This document shows positions 10,576 through 20,328 of a DNA stretch of 64,000 nucleotides, piece by piece. The stretch is taken from the IMG/VR virus record IMGVR_UViG_3300005613_000037, positions 8,731 through 72,730 of that record; one strand, given 5' to 3'. This DNA is from a virus. Position 1 is the stretch's first letter. Each line of letters begins with the position of its first letter. The notes beneath the pieces were generated by a model that saw only the letters and a program-made list of their open reading frames with translations, was not told the origin of the DNA and ran no database searches. The position numbers were made by a program, and so were the translations under genes.

Positions 10576-11052
10576 TTATCTATTAAAAAGTCCTCCGCCT
10601 ATTATGATCTCATTTGAATCCAAGTTGATGGGGTCAAGTTTTTCTGGTAGTTGATTAGGTGGTAATTTTCTATTATTGTCGATATATTGTTTTCTCTTAG
10701 GATCCTTTCTTGTTTGTTTTGAAGGAACCTGTGTGATATCTTCTTCATCTGTGAGAGTTGAATCTGTCAATCTCATATCATCCAATGAGTCTTTGCTAGG
10801 ATATAGAATCACCTCACCTTCTTTGAAGTTCAGTGGATTATCAATGTTGTTTATGTAACAAAGTATATCGATATCATCTATATCTCTGTATAATGTTTCA
10901 GAAATAAGGTCAATTCTCATTTCTTCTCCTTTTTGAACTCTGTATGGCAATGCAGTGAGCAATGATGTGCTGTTAGAATCGAACGCATTCAATGTGATGT
11001 CGAATGTCTCATCGCTTTTCTTTGGTGATATGCCCAATGATTTAATTTCCAT
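10576..11052 (-). CDS. Baseplate wedge gp53/LysM-like protein
   Basis: YRVQKGEEMRIDLISETLY...ILCYINNIDNPLNFKEGEVILYP. Confidence 0.75.
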   Translation of the reverse strand: MEIKSLGISPKKSDETFDITLNAFDSNSTSLLTALPYRVQKGEEMRIDLISETLYRDIDDIDILCYINNIDNPLNFKEGEVILYPSKDSLDDMRLTDSTLTDEEDITQVPSKQTRKDPKRKQYIDNNRKLPPNQLPEKLDPINLDSNEIIIGGGLFNR

Positions 11053-11059
11053 TTAGTTA

Positions 11060-13237
11060 CTATTTGCTTACTTTTTTGAATTCTATACCAAGCTTACCGT
11101 AGTCCACAAGATATAGACCGTTCTCGTCAATTGTCAAACAATCTTCAAATTGAGTTCCGATCAGTTCCTGAGCTATGACACCTTGATATATTGTATCAGG
11201 ATCAGAATTGAATGTGAAATGGTAGATATTGATACCTTTTTCCACACCTACCTTTTTGATTATATTTTTAAGTCTGATATCTGACCTTCTTATCCAGTTC
11301 ACTAACCTGCCCCCCAATTCAACACTTTTGTCATAAAGTCCTCCCCAACTCCCTTTATCATACGCTTCATAAACTTCATCAATCTTTTCTTCTACCGCTT
11401 CATAAGCTTCATCAATCTTTTCTTCTATCACTTCGATAGTTTCACCACCGGTAACCACTATTTTAGCAAGTGTTCCTTCACCCCCAATATTATCGGCAAT
11501 AAATTCTGCGCCCGCAACACCATACCCAAGCAGGCTATCTTCCTCTTTAATTATATCTATACTGCGGTCTGCAGCCGCAACTTTTGTCTTATATTCTTGC
11601 TCTTCTTGTATTGCTTGATTCACCTTATTTTCCCTATCTTTAATATCTTGAGATATATTTTCACTGACTGCTGTATTGATTTCTTCGTCTGTCAATAAAG
11701 GTTCAAGTTTATTCGTCCAAAAAGTAATTCCTGGTTCAATTATACTTGATTTTGCTTTATTGACCGTTCTCAACCCACCAGAGTTCAATTTTGAAAAAAG
11801 TTCTTGAAGTCCATGGTTTCTTGCGCTTGTGAGTTTAATTGTGGCTTCTATATATGTAGGAAGGTCATTGAAGCTTAATTGTGGACCAAGTTTTACATTT
11901 ATATCCTCGCACTCCATATCACCAGAACAAAGAATTGGTCTGAGTGGATTTCCAATTGTGACATGCCACGGTGTTGATGGAGCTCCTGTCAGTGCTGCCA
12001 TTATACCAAATGCTTGAACTCGAAATCTTTTATTTATGTAATCAGATACATATCTGATTGCATCCTTCACACCTTGAATTGCTGTTTGCGCCAATTCATT
12101 CAGATCTGATGTGGCGAAATTTGTGAGATATTTATAGGTGTTTTTGGCTTTCTCAGTGAGAGATTGTTTATCACCAGCTGCCTTTTGTTCATCTGTTCCC
12201 GATTCTTTTATTTTATCACTTATGAGAACTGCTGTTACCTTCTCAATGATCGGTGTGAGCACTTGAACAGTTGCCAATATGAAATTTTTAAGTGTTTTCA
12301 TTGGATCCTTTATCATATCCCGTATGAACTTCTCGATCTTTGAATTTGTGCCAAGGTAAAATGATGACTTTGATGTTCCCATGCTCAATAATGTTCCAAG
12401 TATGTCCATATAGACCAAAGTCGGATCTACACCTTGTATGAACTTTTGTTCGTATCTCACGGTGAATGTAACTTTTATCTTGCCGGTGAGTCCTGATCCA
12501 GGTTCTTCACTTCCCAGAGTTCTTCTTACTCTTGCCTCTTTTATAAGGTTTGGATCACCAAGTGGAACAGCACTGACATCATCTTCATTAATAAGTCCCA
12601 GTTTTGCAAGTACTTGTCTTTGAAATAGAACACTTGCTGGTGGAGATGGCATAAGATTGGCACCTTTTTTGGCATAGGTACCCAGGTTTAAAGATGCACC
12701 ACCTATCGAAAAATCAGATCCTATAGAATTGAGTATTTTCTCAAAACTTGCCTCTGCTGCTGTCCATTCCTCACCAAAGTCAAAGTTGAGAAAATCCGTA
12801 TCATTGTCAACATACCCCACTATGGTTGATATTGGAGTTCCTGGTCCTTCATCATTGCCAAGAGAGTAAATATCATCTGAAACAGGATTTGCAAATCTTC
12901 TCAGTACGATAAGCCTGTTATTGGGATAAACGCCGTAATCTTTCAGGTATGCAAAATCTGCGTATTTTAAACTCAGATGGTCAATTGCTTGGAATTGATT
13001 GATTATATTCTGTGTGGATGTATCGTATATCTCGTCTGTGTGTAGCTTGCTACCTTTGCTAGCAAAAACATTGTTGTTTTTTCCTGTTTTCTGATATCTA
13101 TAATATTTGTTCTGACCTGAGAATTGTGTTTGATACTCATCAGCGCTGTTTCCGCTTGCTGTAGATCCATAAGGCGATATTATATCTCTTGGTATCAGAC
13201 CAAGTGGTGAATTGGTAAGTTGTTTATAATTTGCCAC
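11060..13237 (-). CDS. Baseplate/tail-tube-associated structural protein with C-terminal S74-type intramolecular chaperone
   Basis: GTG start, first gene of the baseplate run; WHVTIGNPLRPI...GPQLSFNDLP core; C-terminal SDIRLKNII...GVIAQEL...VDYGKL. Confidence 0.65.
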   Translation of the reverse strand: MANYKQLTNSPLGLIPRDIISPYGSTASGNSADEYQTQFSGQNKYYRYQKTGKNNNVFASKGSKLHTDEIYDTSTQNIINQFQAIDHLSLKYADFAYLKDYGVYPNNRLIVLRRFANPVSDDIYSLGNDEGPGTPISTIVGYVDNDTDFLNFDFGEEWTAAEASFEKILNSIGSDFSIGGASLNLGTYAKKGANLMPSPPASVLFQRQVLAKLGLINEDDVSAVPLGDPNLIKEARVRRTLGSEEPGSGLTGKIKVTFTVRYEQKFIQGVDPTLVYMDILGTLLSMGTSKSSFYLGTNSKIEKFIRDMIKDPMKTLKNFILATVQVLTPIIEKVTAVLISDKIKESGTDEQKAAGDKQSLTEKAKNTYKYLTNFATSDLNELAQTAIQGVKDAIRYVSDYINKRFRVQAFGIMAALTGAPSTPWHVTIGNPLRPILCSGDMECEDINVKLGPQLSFNDLPTYIEATIKLTSARNHGLQELFSKLNSGGLRTVNKAKSSIIEPGITFWTNKLEPLLTDEEINTAVSENISQDIKDRENKVNQAIQEEQEYKTKVAAADRSIDIIKEEDSLLGYGVAGAEFIADNIGGEGTLAKIVVTGGETIEVIEEKIDEAYEAVEEKIDEVYEAYDKGSWGGLYDKSVELGGRLVNWIRRSDIRLKNIIKKVGVEKGINIYHFTFNSDPDTIYQGVIAQELIGTQFEDCLTIDENGLYLVDYGKLGIEFKKVSK
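11364..11429 (-). repeat. 33-nt tandem repeat x2 (EEKIDEAYEAV / EEKIDEVYEAY)
   Basis: gcttcataa(a/g)cttcatcaatcttttcttcta(c/t)c occurs at 11364 and 11397. Confidence 0.85.
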
Positions 13238-13279
13238 TCAAAAACAATTTTTCTTTATATATTATTTTGATATGGTCCG

Positions 13280-13669
13280 TTAGTAATCGCGTATTATTTG
13301 TGAGTTGCTGAATGCTGATAGGTTTGAAAGTACCTGTTCTAAAGTTTCTGTGTCTTTTCTGAATTCATTGTAGAAGATGAGAACATTGAAATTGTTCTTT
13401 CCAAGCATTTTTTTAAGGTTGAGCAATTTGTCGATCGAGAATTCATGTGTGAAATCGGGTATGTAATAAATATCTTTATTTCTTTCGACTGCTTGTTTTA
13501 TTTTATTGAATATCAATATTTTGACATATGTTTTATCTTCTTCGAAATCCAGTTCTTCTTCTTCAAGGATTTTTTTGATATCTATGACATATTTGTTTCT
13601 CACTCGGTTGTTCTTGAAATATTTATCAACCTTTTTCCTATTCTTTGAATACACGCAGAAAAAATCCAT
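13280..13669 (-). CDS. Hypothetical protein
   Basis: 129 aa ORF; AATATATA at 13692-13699 (-). Confidence 0.7.
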   Translation of the reverse strand: MDFFCVYSKNRKKVDKYFKNNRVRNKYVIDIKKILEEEELDFEEDKTYVKILIFNKIKQAVERNKDIYYIPDFTHEFSIDKLLNLKKMLGKNNFNVLIFYNEFRKDTETLEQVLSNLSAFSNSQIIRDY

Positions 13670-13756
13670 TCATTAATCTTTTGATTTGTTTTATATATTG
13701 ATATCACACCTCTCCTGGAAAAAAATTAACAACATCTTATTTTAATATATAAACAC

Positions 13757-15154
13757 ATGAGAAAATATTCCGAGAAATTCGTATCTGAGCACAAGAAGCT
13801 ATCACATGCCTTGATCGGTTTTGAATTTGAGTTCTATATGAAGGACCTTTCATATTATAAGACATTGGAAATGCTCAATAGAGATCTTGATCCGGTAAAG
13901 GTTCATGGATTCAGACAATATCACTCTGATTTTGAGGTTGATTCAAGAAACTTCAAGATAGAACCTGATACCTCAGGTGGTAGTAACATGGTTGAATTGA
14001 TAACAGGTCCGTTGCAATATTCCGAGGCAAAGATATATCTTGTCAAGATATTGAATTTCATAAACAGATTCGGATATACCAACGATAAGTGTTCATTGCA
14101 TATGAACATATCATTTTCCGGTGAGAAGGATCTGAATGACCTCAATATTCTTAAATTGATATTGAACACTGATGAAGACGAAATATACCGGTTCTTCCCA
14201 GATAGAAAGAACAACATCTATGCGAAATCTGTAAAGAATCTTATTCCTTACAAACAATATGATTATTTCAATGTTCCGATCAATTCGGTGAAGAACTCAA
14301 TGAAATTGCCCAATGACAAATATTTCGGTATAAATTTCACAACCATAACAGATAACAAGAAGACACAGAGGATCGAGTACCGTTACATTGGTGGTGAGAA
14401 CTATGAAAAGAACATAGGCACCATCATTTATTTTCTTGATAGATTCATTTTGGATTCATTCAATTCGGTTGATGTTGGTTTTGATAATAAGGATGCAGAA
14501 AAGCTTGAAGAATTCATGGATGAGAATATCAATAAGTTCAGAACATTCTCGAATTTTGACAATTTCATTGTTGAGTATCCTACAATTGAGTTACAGGTCG
14601 ATATGGAAAGTGATTATTATAAGATAGAATCCAACTTTTCGAGAATGTATGATCAACTTTTCGAGATTGTTGAAAGTTGTGATGATCTCAAAGAATGTAT
14701 CATAAATTTCGACACTGATAGAAAGGTGATCGAAGTAGTTGATGCAACGATAAAGGCAATACTTACAGTGAAAAAGTCAGAGTTCATAAACTGTATCATA
14801 CTTGATGGTATCTTCGAGTCGTGCAATTTTCATGGATGTGAGATAAGTGATTCTCATCTCGTCAGATCAAGTGTTCACGCATCTGATGTAAACGAATCAA
14901 AATTATTGGCCTGTCATGTTGATCAATCAACTTTGGTGGATTGCTTCTTTGTGAATGGTAAATTGGATGGATCAATGGAAGGTGGTGTGTTCAGGTCAGG
15001 TGAGCTTGGTCCATTCGCATCGATATCACCAGAAACCAAGATAATTCACGATAAGGGTTATGGTAACTTCTTTGATACGAGATTTGACCAAGATGAAAAA
15101 TTCGATAAGGATTCTCTTGTTTTCCCTAAAATGAAATTTGATTTCAAGAAATAA
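13757..15154 (+). CDS. Putative amidoligase (COOH-NH2 ligase) with C-terminal pentapeptide-like beta-helix
   Basis: IGFEFEF, FKIEPDTSGG...VELITGP, TNDKCSLHMNISF, KYFGINF and RIEYRYIGG motifs; C-terminal 5-residue periodicity. Confidence 0.75.
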   Translation: MRKYSEKFVSEHKKLSHALIGFEFEFYMKDLSYYKTLEMLNRDLDPVKVHGFRQYHSDFEVDSRNFKIEPDTSGGSNMVELITGPLQYSEAKIYLVKILNFINRFGYTNDKCSLHMNISFSGEKDLNDLNILKLILNTDEDEIYRFFPDRKNNIYAKSVKNLIPYKQYDYFNVPINSVKNSMKLPNDKYFGINFTTITDNKKTQRIEYRYIGGENYEKNIGTIIYFLDRFILDSFNSVDVGFDNKDAEKLEEFMDENINKFRTFSNFDNFIVEYPTIELQVDMESDYYKIESNFSRMYDQLFEIVESCDDLKECIINFDTDRKVIEVVDATIKAILTVKKSEFINCIILDGIFESCNFHGCEISDSHLVRSSVHASDVNESKLLACHVDQSTLVDCFFVNGKLDGSMEGGVFRSGELGPFASISPETKIIHDKGYGNFFDTRFDQDEKFDKDSLVFPKMKFDFKK

Positions 15155-15165
15155 TATATAATGAT

Positions 15166-16989
15166 ATGAAAAAATTCAATGAATTCATAAATGAAGAGGT
15201 CGGTATAAAAGGACTCAAAGAGATCGTAAAGGATAAAAAACGATGTGAGATATATTTCCACAAAGACCTTGATGGTGTTACAAGTGCAATTGCCATGAAG
15301 GTTTTTTTGAAAACCTATTATGGTATCGAATGTGTTGATGCACATCAGATACAATACGGTGGTATGGAATTTGCCATCAAGGATCACAAAGCAGGTAATT
15401 TGCCTGTGTTGGTTGATTTTGCACACTCAAAACCAATGTTCACAATTGCAACCGATCACCATGATTCACAGATAGGTGGTGAAGATACAGAGGCAACTTA
15501 TTACAAATCTGCAAGAGCCAATGTTGAGACAATATCCGGTGAGATCGCCTATTCAGATGTTTTCGGACCGACTGATATTGAGCTGATCAAAACAGTTGAT
15601 TCAGCAGACTTTCTGAAACATGACCTTAAACCAAGTGACATACAGAATGCCATCTTCAAGTTGGATAAGGAATTGGGTGGTGAAAAGAACCGTTTTCTTA
15701 TGGGTCTTGTGACAAATAGATTATTACTTGCTTATAAGAACAAGAGGATCACGGTCGAATCATTGGATGGTAGATCACAGCACGATAATAAGAATCTACT
15801 TGAATGTTTGGTACTTGATTCGAATGCAAGTCTTTTGTCGATATTCAATAACATAAGACATTATGTGAACAATGCAAGAACGAGTGATAAGGCAGGTAAA
15901 TTGGCAACCTCACAGGAGATAACTGAGAACCTTATGGATTATATAGAGAGAATGAGATCTTATAAATTCATTGAGGATGAGGATGATGTTGTTGAATATG
16001 ATCCATCGAACTGGAAGGCTCAAAAGTTATTAAGACAAGGTAAAAAGGTTCAAAAAGGATCAAACTTCGATCCTAAGTATAAGATATTCATTCAATATGG
16101 TGGTGGTGCCATGTTCAAACCTGGATCATATGACAGATATGTTGCATTTGAGAATAATCCTGAAGCAGAATTTTTCTGTATGGTATGGCCAATGGGTCTG
16201 ATACAGGTAAGTGGAAATCCTTTCAAAGAAAAAAAGTTGAAAGGAGTTGATCTTGGTAAGATATCAAAAGAGGTGTTGGCAAAACACGAAGAGATGTTAA
16301 AGAGGATCACAATTGGTCTGAATGATCTGAAAGAAGAACTTGAGACATCAAGTGATTGGAAAGCAATGAAACGACAAGAAGGAGAAGAGTATAAAGGTGT
16401 TGGATTCAAATTCAGTGACCTTAAAGCGTTCTATTCGGATTGTATAACAAAGAACAACGAGCTGGTTGATATTGGATCTGAAAACTTGAAGCCTCAGATG
16501 GACAAGTTGTATGAAGATATGGGTCAGTCTGATAAACAAATGCTTTCAGAATATCGAATATCTGTGTGGGAACTTATAGTGAGAAATTCCGGAGGTCATA
16601 AATCGATAACAAATATACAAGGATTCAATTTCTTGAAATACAATATTCCTGCAATGGAAGTTGCCTATGGTGTGAAGCGGTTTCAAGATGTCATGAAAAA
16701 GGTTGCGAGAGAATTTGTCAACACATTGAAAGAAAAGATCGACATGGTTGATTCTGGTGGTGAGATTGAATATGATACTAAGGCGGTTGACTTTCAGGGT
16801 ACTGTATCGAATGAGAACTTTGATTATTATGTAGTGAGATCAGGTAAAGAATCCAAAGTAACAAAGGATGAATTTGTGAAAATGGGGTCGAGCAATGCCA
16901 TGAAACAAAAGGACAGGTCAAACTTCACAGTTGATCATCAAAGAAAAAGAGTTATTGCAAAATTTGAAAGTTTCAAAAAAATCGCTTAA
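15166..16989 (+). CDS. DHH/DHHA1-family phosphoesterase
   Basis: FHKDLDG, VDFA and TDHHDS motifs with a C-terminal SGGHK; N-terminus MKKFNEFINEE. Confidence 0.75.
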   Translation: MKKFNEFINEEVGIKGLKEIVKDKKRCEIYFHKDLDGVTSAIAMKVFLKTYYGIECVDAHQIQYGGMEFAIKDHKAGNLPVLVDFAHSKPMFTIATDHHDSQIGGEDTEATYYKSARANVETISGEIAYSDVFGPTDIELIKTVDSADFLKHDLKPSDIQNAIFKLDKELGGEKNRFLMGLVTNRLLLAYKNKRITVESLDGRSQHDNKNLLECLVLDSNASLLSIFNNIRHYVNNARTSDKAGKLATSQEITENLMDYIERMRSYKFIEDEDDVVEYDPSNWKAQKLLRQGKKVQKGSNFDPKYKIFIQYGGGAMFKPGSYDRYVAFENNPEAEFFCMVWPMGLIQVSGNPFKEKKLKGVDLGKISKEVLAKHEEMLKRITIGLNDLKEELETSSDWKAMKRQEGEEYKGVGFKFSDLKAFYSDCITKNNELVDIGSENLKPQMDKLYEDMGQSDKQMLSEYRISVWELIVRNSGGHKSITNIQGFNFLKYNIPAMEVAYGVKRFQDVMKKVAREFVNTLKEKIDMVDSGGEIEYDTKAVDFQGTVSNENFDYYVVRSGKESKVTKDEFVKMGSSNAMKQKDRSNFTVDHQRKRVIAKFESFKKIA

Positions 16990-16994
16990 ATTTG
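16963..16994 (+). promoter_or_regulatory. Bacteroidota-type sigma70 promoter TTTG-N20-TAAATTTG
   Basis: TTTG at 16963-16966 and TAAATTTG at 16987-16994, 4 nt before ATG 16999; matches the Bacteroides/Flavobacterium -33/-7 consensus. Confidence 0.65.
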
Positions 16995-16998
16995 CTCA

Positions 16999-17601
16999 AT
17001 GCAAATTGACATTGATAGAATATTGGACATTTCAAAAGTTCATCCACTGAGACTTAAAGCGTGTTATGTTTTCGGATCTCGTGTGTATGGTACATCAAAG
17101 AAAAATTCTGATTGTGATATTAAATTGATCGCCAATGGTACTCGTAGTAACTTGGAGATAAAACACGATATTTACAATATTCACATAATAACACCTCAGG
17201 ATTTTCAAGACCAACTTAAACAACACAAACCAGGATCAGTTGAGTGTGTATTGGCGCCTGACGAATTCAAAATAAAGACAGGTGATTTTAAGTTTGATAT
17301 GAATATACCATCGCTGAGGCATTCATTTTCACACACTTCTTCGAATTCTTGGGTAAAGGCCAAAAAGAAATTGTTACAGAACGATTATGAAATAGGAATA
17401 AAATCCATGTTTCACTCACTTAGGATACCACTTTTTGGTATACAGATTGCAAAAACTGGCAAGATACATGACTTTTCTGAGGCAAATTGGATATGGAAAA
17501 AATTAAGGAATCAATATTGGACTTGGGATCGATTGGATCAAGAGTTCAGACCTATTAGGAATATGATCATGTCGGAGTTTAGAAATGTTACTGAGAAATG
17601 A
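16999..17601 (+). CDS. Pol-beta superfamily nucleotidyltransferase
   Basis: YVFGSRVYGTSKKNSDCD (GS...DxD motif); helical C-terminal SNSWVKAKKKL...KSMFHSLRI. Confidence 0.8.
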   Translation: MQIDIDRILDISKVHPLRLKACYVFGSRVYGTSKKNSDCDIKLIANGTRSNLEIKHDIYNIHIITPQDFQDQLKQHKPGSVECVLAPDEFKIKTGDFKFDMNIPSLRHSFSHTSSNSWVKAKKKLLQNDYEIGIKSMFHSLRIPLFGIQIAKTGKIHDFSEANWIWKKLRNQYWTWDRLDQEFRPIRNMIMSEFRNVTEK

Positions 17602-17918
17602 GACTGAGTGATTCTATATTTGAAAATTTACCAGAATTCTCAAGATATTTGTGTGATGTACCACCACAGGTGATGGCCAAGTGGTTGAAAAAATATGTCA
17701 AGAAAGATATTTCACTCGAAGAATTTTCTGAATTTATCAAATATAGGTCTTATTATGGATATTTTGAAGATTACAAAGAATCATTGGATTATTTCATCTT
17801 GAAAGATACATTATGTATGAAACTTGATGAATGGGATTGGTTTCATAAAAAATTCACTGTACCGGACGACATTAAATTCATCAGATATTTTAAACTATGG
17901 ACACTTCAAAGAAGCTGA
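17598..17918 (+). CDS. Hypothetical protein
   Basis: 106 aa; ATGA overlap with the upstream gene. Confidence 0.6.
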   Translation: MRLSDSIFENLPEFSRYLCDVPPQVMAKWLKKYVKKDISLEEFSEFIKYRSYYGYFEDYKESLDYFILKDTLCMKLDEWDWFHKKFTVPDDIKFIRYFKLWTLQRS

Positions 17919-18373
17919 TAATATTCAAGGCAACGAGATTTGCAAAAGATATGATAATTGGATATGATGATTATGATAGCACTCACGCCTATCTGAATGA
18001 TCGTGTTTTATCTGATAAATTGAATGATCTATCTTTGACAGATCTCGGTGATGGGTTTTATAATGTTGATCAGCCGTTCATTGCAGTTGAATTCATTATC
18101 GATGTGGTAAGTAATAGAAGATTGCATCATGATGAGTCTGCAACTGACTTTTTAATTGGATCATTCTATCCAAAATACTCATCATGTTCATTGGGTAAAC
18201 TTTTCAAAGATATAAGTGATAAATTCGATGTGGATCATATTTCAAAATATGGTAGTGAGACAATTCAATTCATAGGTGAATTTGAAATGTGGAGTTATTA
18301 TGATTCATGGTGTGGTGACGGTGATGCAGGAATTGATTATGTAAAGATATGTGATGAGAGTTGTTTGTATTAA
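17897..18373 (+). CDS. Hypothetical protein
   Basis: 158 aa; overlapping operon arrangement. Confidence 0.6.
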   Translation: MDTSKKLIIFKATRFAKDMIIGYDDYDSTHAYLNDRVLSDKLNDLSLTDLGDGFYNVDQPFIAVEFIIDVVSNRRLHHDESATDFLIGSFYPKYSSCSLGKLFKDISDKFDVDHISKYGSETIQFIGEFEMWSYYDSWCGDGDAGIDYVKICDESCLY

Positions 18374-18569
18374 AGAGTTCCGACATGAATATTTGGATGC
18401 TAAACCAAATAAAATATTTGAGATACTTCCTATCAGAGGCCATTCGAATGGCTTCGAATTTGGTCAAATTTGTATCAAAACAGGTGGTTTTTGGGTAAGT
18501 CAAGAATTTTTCTTACCTTTGAGCGAATTTAGAAAACAAAAAATAAATAAAATAATACATGAGAATTGA
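18354..18569 (+). CDS. Small hypothetical protein with C-terminal RKQKINKI motif
   Basis: About 71 aa; GTG at 18351 or ATG at 18354. Confidence 0.6.
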   Translation: MRVVCIKEFRHEYLDAKPNKIFEILPIRGHSNGFEFGQICIKTGGFWVSQEFFLPLSEFRKQKINKIIHEN

Positions 18570-19173
18570 AACACAGAATATACATTTTACATCAGACCTT
18601 CACATAGGCCATTCAAATGTAATAAGATTCGATAAAAGGCCATTTCAAGATGTCAATGAGATGCACAGTGAGATGATCAGAAGGTGGAACTCAGTTGTTG
18701 CGCCTGATGACATTGTATTCAATCTTGGTGATCTTTTTTTCAGAACCGACATCAAAACAGCCAAGTGGTTTGTCAATCGTTTGAACGGTAAGATATATCA
18801 CATAATGGGAAATCACGACAGGTATCGTGATATGGTAAAACTTGGAAGGTTTGAAAAGATATTCGGAGATAGTTCTGCACTTGGTGGTGTGACCATTCAA
18901 GTAAAGGATGAAGATGCAAACAGAGGTTGGCAAGATATTATTCTTTGTCATTATGCTATCCTCTCATGGAATAAAGGACACTACGGAAGCTGGCACCTAC
19001 ACGGCCACAGTCACCAGTCTCTTGTGAATAATCCTGATATGGCTTGGTTCTATGAACGAAAGGTTTTAGACATGGGTTGTAACGGTTGGGATTACACACC
19101 GGTATCATATCAAAGGGTAAAGGAAATAATGGATACAAGAGGTATAAAGCCTGTTGATCATCATGAAGGATGA
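18559..19173 (+). CDS. Calcineurin-like metallophosphoesterase
   Basis: SDLHIGH, NLGDLF, MGNHD, LCHYA and HLHGHSH motifs. Confidence 0.9.
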   Translation: MRIETQNIHFTSDLHIGHSNVIRFDKRPFQDVNEMHSEMIRRWNSVVAPDDIVFNLGDLFFRTDIKTAKWFVNRLNGKIYHIMGNHDRYRDMVKLGRFEKIFGDSSALGGVTIQVKDEDANRGWQDIILCHYAILSWNKGHYGSWHLHGHSHQSLVNNPDMAWFYERKVLDMGCNGWDYTPVSYQRVKEIMDTRGIKPVDHHEG

Positions 19174-19499
19174 AATTGGATAATTTCAAAAAATTACTGA
19201 GTTATAGGGGTATCAAGTTCGAATATCAAGAGCATTCTGATGATATTGTTGACTTTATCACAAATCAGAGGGTTTTTAAATCGACTTTGAGTTTTTCAAT
19301 GTTCGGTGATAATTATGTGATAAAACATTTTAATACATTCGAAGTGAAATATGGTGTCATTGCAGGATCATTCAATGATGTGCAATGTTATTTGAACTCA
19401 AAAAGAGTTGAACTACATACAATATATGATGATATTTTATTGTTCAAAGAAAATAACAGAAGGTATGTTATCTCGCAATTAATGAAAGATACTCTTTGA
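19170..19499 (+). CDS. Hypothetical protein
   Basis: 109 aa; ATGA overlap. Confidence 0.6.
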   Translation: MKLDNFKKLLSYRGIKFEYQEHSDDIVDFITNQRVFKSTLSFSMFGDNYVIKHFNTFEVKYGVIAGSFNDVQCYLNSKRVELHTIYDDILLFKENNRRYVISQLMKDTL

Positions 19500-20004
19500 T
19501 GACATTTCGCCTTTTTTCTGATATATCAACTCCATCTATGATGTTCAGGATATCAGGGTTCATATCTTTGGCCTTTAATGCAATGAATTGAATAAAATCT
19601 TCATCATCCTTATATCTTTCAGAGATTGACTTTATTCTTGTTTTTATATTGAAATTTTCTTTTTTCAGAAATTTGTTCTCGTTTTTCAATGAATCAATAG
19701 CATTATCAATCAGTTCGTGGTCTTTCGAATTCGTCTTCATTGATTCGAGTAGTTTTATCGTTTTTTTATTTTCCTTCTCAGATAGCATGTCGATAATAGC
19801 ATCCACCACCATTTCCTTGCCATCAACTTTCATTGTGCCTGCCGTATGATATCTTGAAATTGGGCCATATGTTCTCACACTTAATAGATTGTCCAATATC
19901 CCATGAATCTCCTCTTTGAGTTCGTGTATTGGATCATTTGTTTCTACTTTGGATGTTTTCAATTCATCAACTTTGATGTTATTTATTTTAGAGAACTTTT
20001 TCAT
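19468..20004 (-). CDS. Hypothetical protein (MKKFSKI N-terminus)
   Basis: 178 aa; AATATATA at 20026-20033 (-). Confidence 0.7.
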   Translation of the reverse strand: MKKFSKINNIKVDELKTSKVETNDPIHELKEEIHGILDNLLSVRTYGPISRYHTAGTMKVDGKEMVVDAIIDMLSEKENKKTIKLLESMKTNSKDHELIDNAIDSLKNENKFLKKENFNIKTRIKSISERYKDDEDFIQFIALKAKDMNPDILNIIDGVDISEKRRNVIKEYLSLIAR

Positions 20005-20033
20005 ATCTTAAATTTTAGTTTTAACTATATATT

Positions 20034-20068
20034 AAAAATCCCCATCAATAAAATTGATAGGGATTTTT
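20034..20068 (-). terminator. Rho-independent terminator hairpin
   Basis: aaaaatccc-c-atcaat aaa attgat-a-gggattttt, downstream of the Hc1-like gene and flanked by A/T tracts. Confidence 0.75.
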
Positions 20069-20086
20069 TTCTCATTCCGATATATG

Positions 20087-20302
20087 TCAGAGTGTTTGTT
20101 TGAATTCTTGAACATCCTCTCTTACTTCTTGTGCAATATTCTTCAATTCTTGCATGATCTTTCTCACACGGGTTCCTGATGTTTTATTGCCTTTCACAAA
20201 ACATTTTTCGAACTCTTCTTTGAGTGTGAATTTCTTTCCTTTCATCTCGAATTCTTCTGTTACGAGTTTTAGGATTTTTTCATATTTATCTAAAGATTCC
20301 AT
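20087..20302 (-). CDS. Histone H1-like nucleoid protein (Hc1 family, Bacteroidota type)
   Basis: KGNKTSGTRVRKIMQELK matches the KGNKAAGTRARK signature. Confidence 0.75.
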   Translation of the reverse strand: MESLDKYEKILKLVTEEFEMKGKKFTLKEEFEKCFVKGNKTSGTRVRKIMQELKNIAQEVREDVQEFKQTL

Positions 20303-20328
20303 ATTATTTGTTATTATTTTTTTATAAT

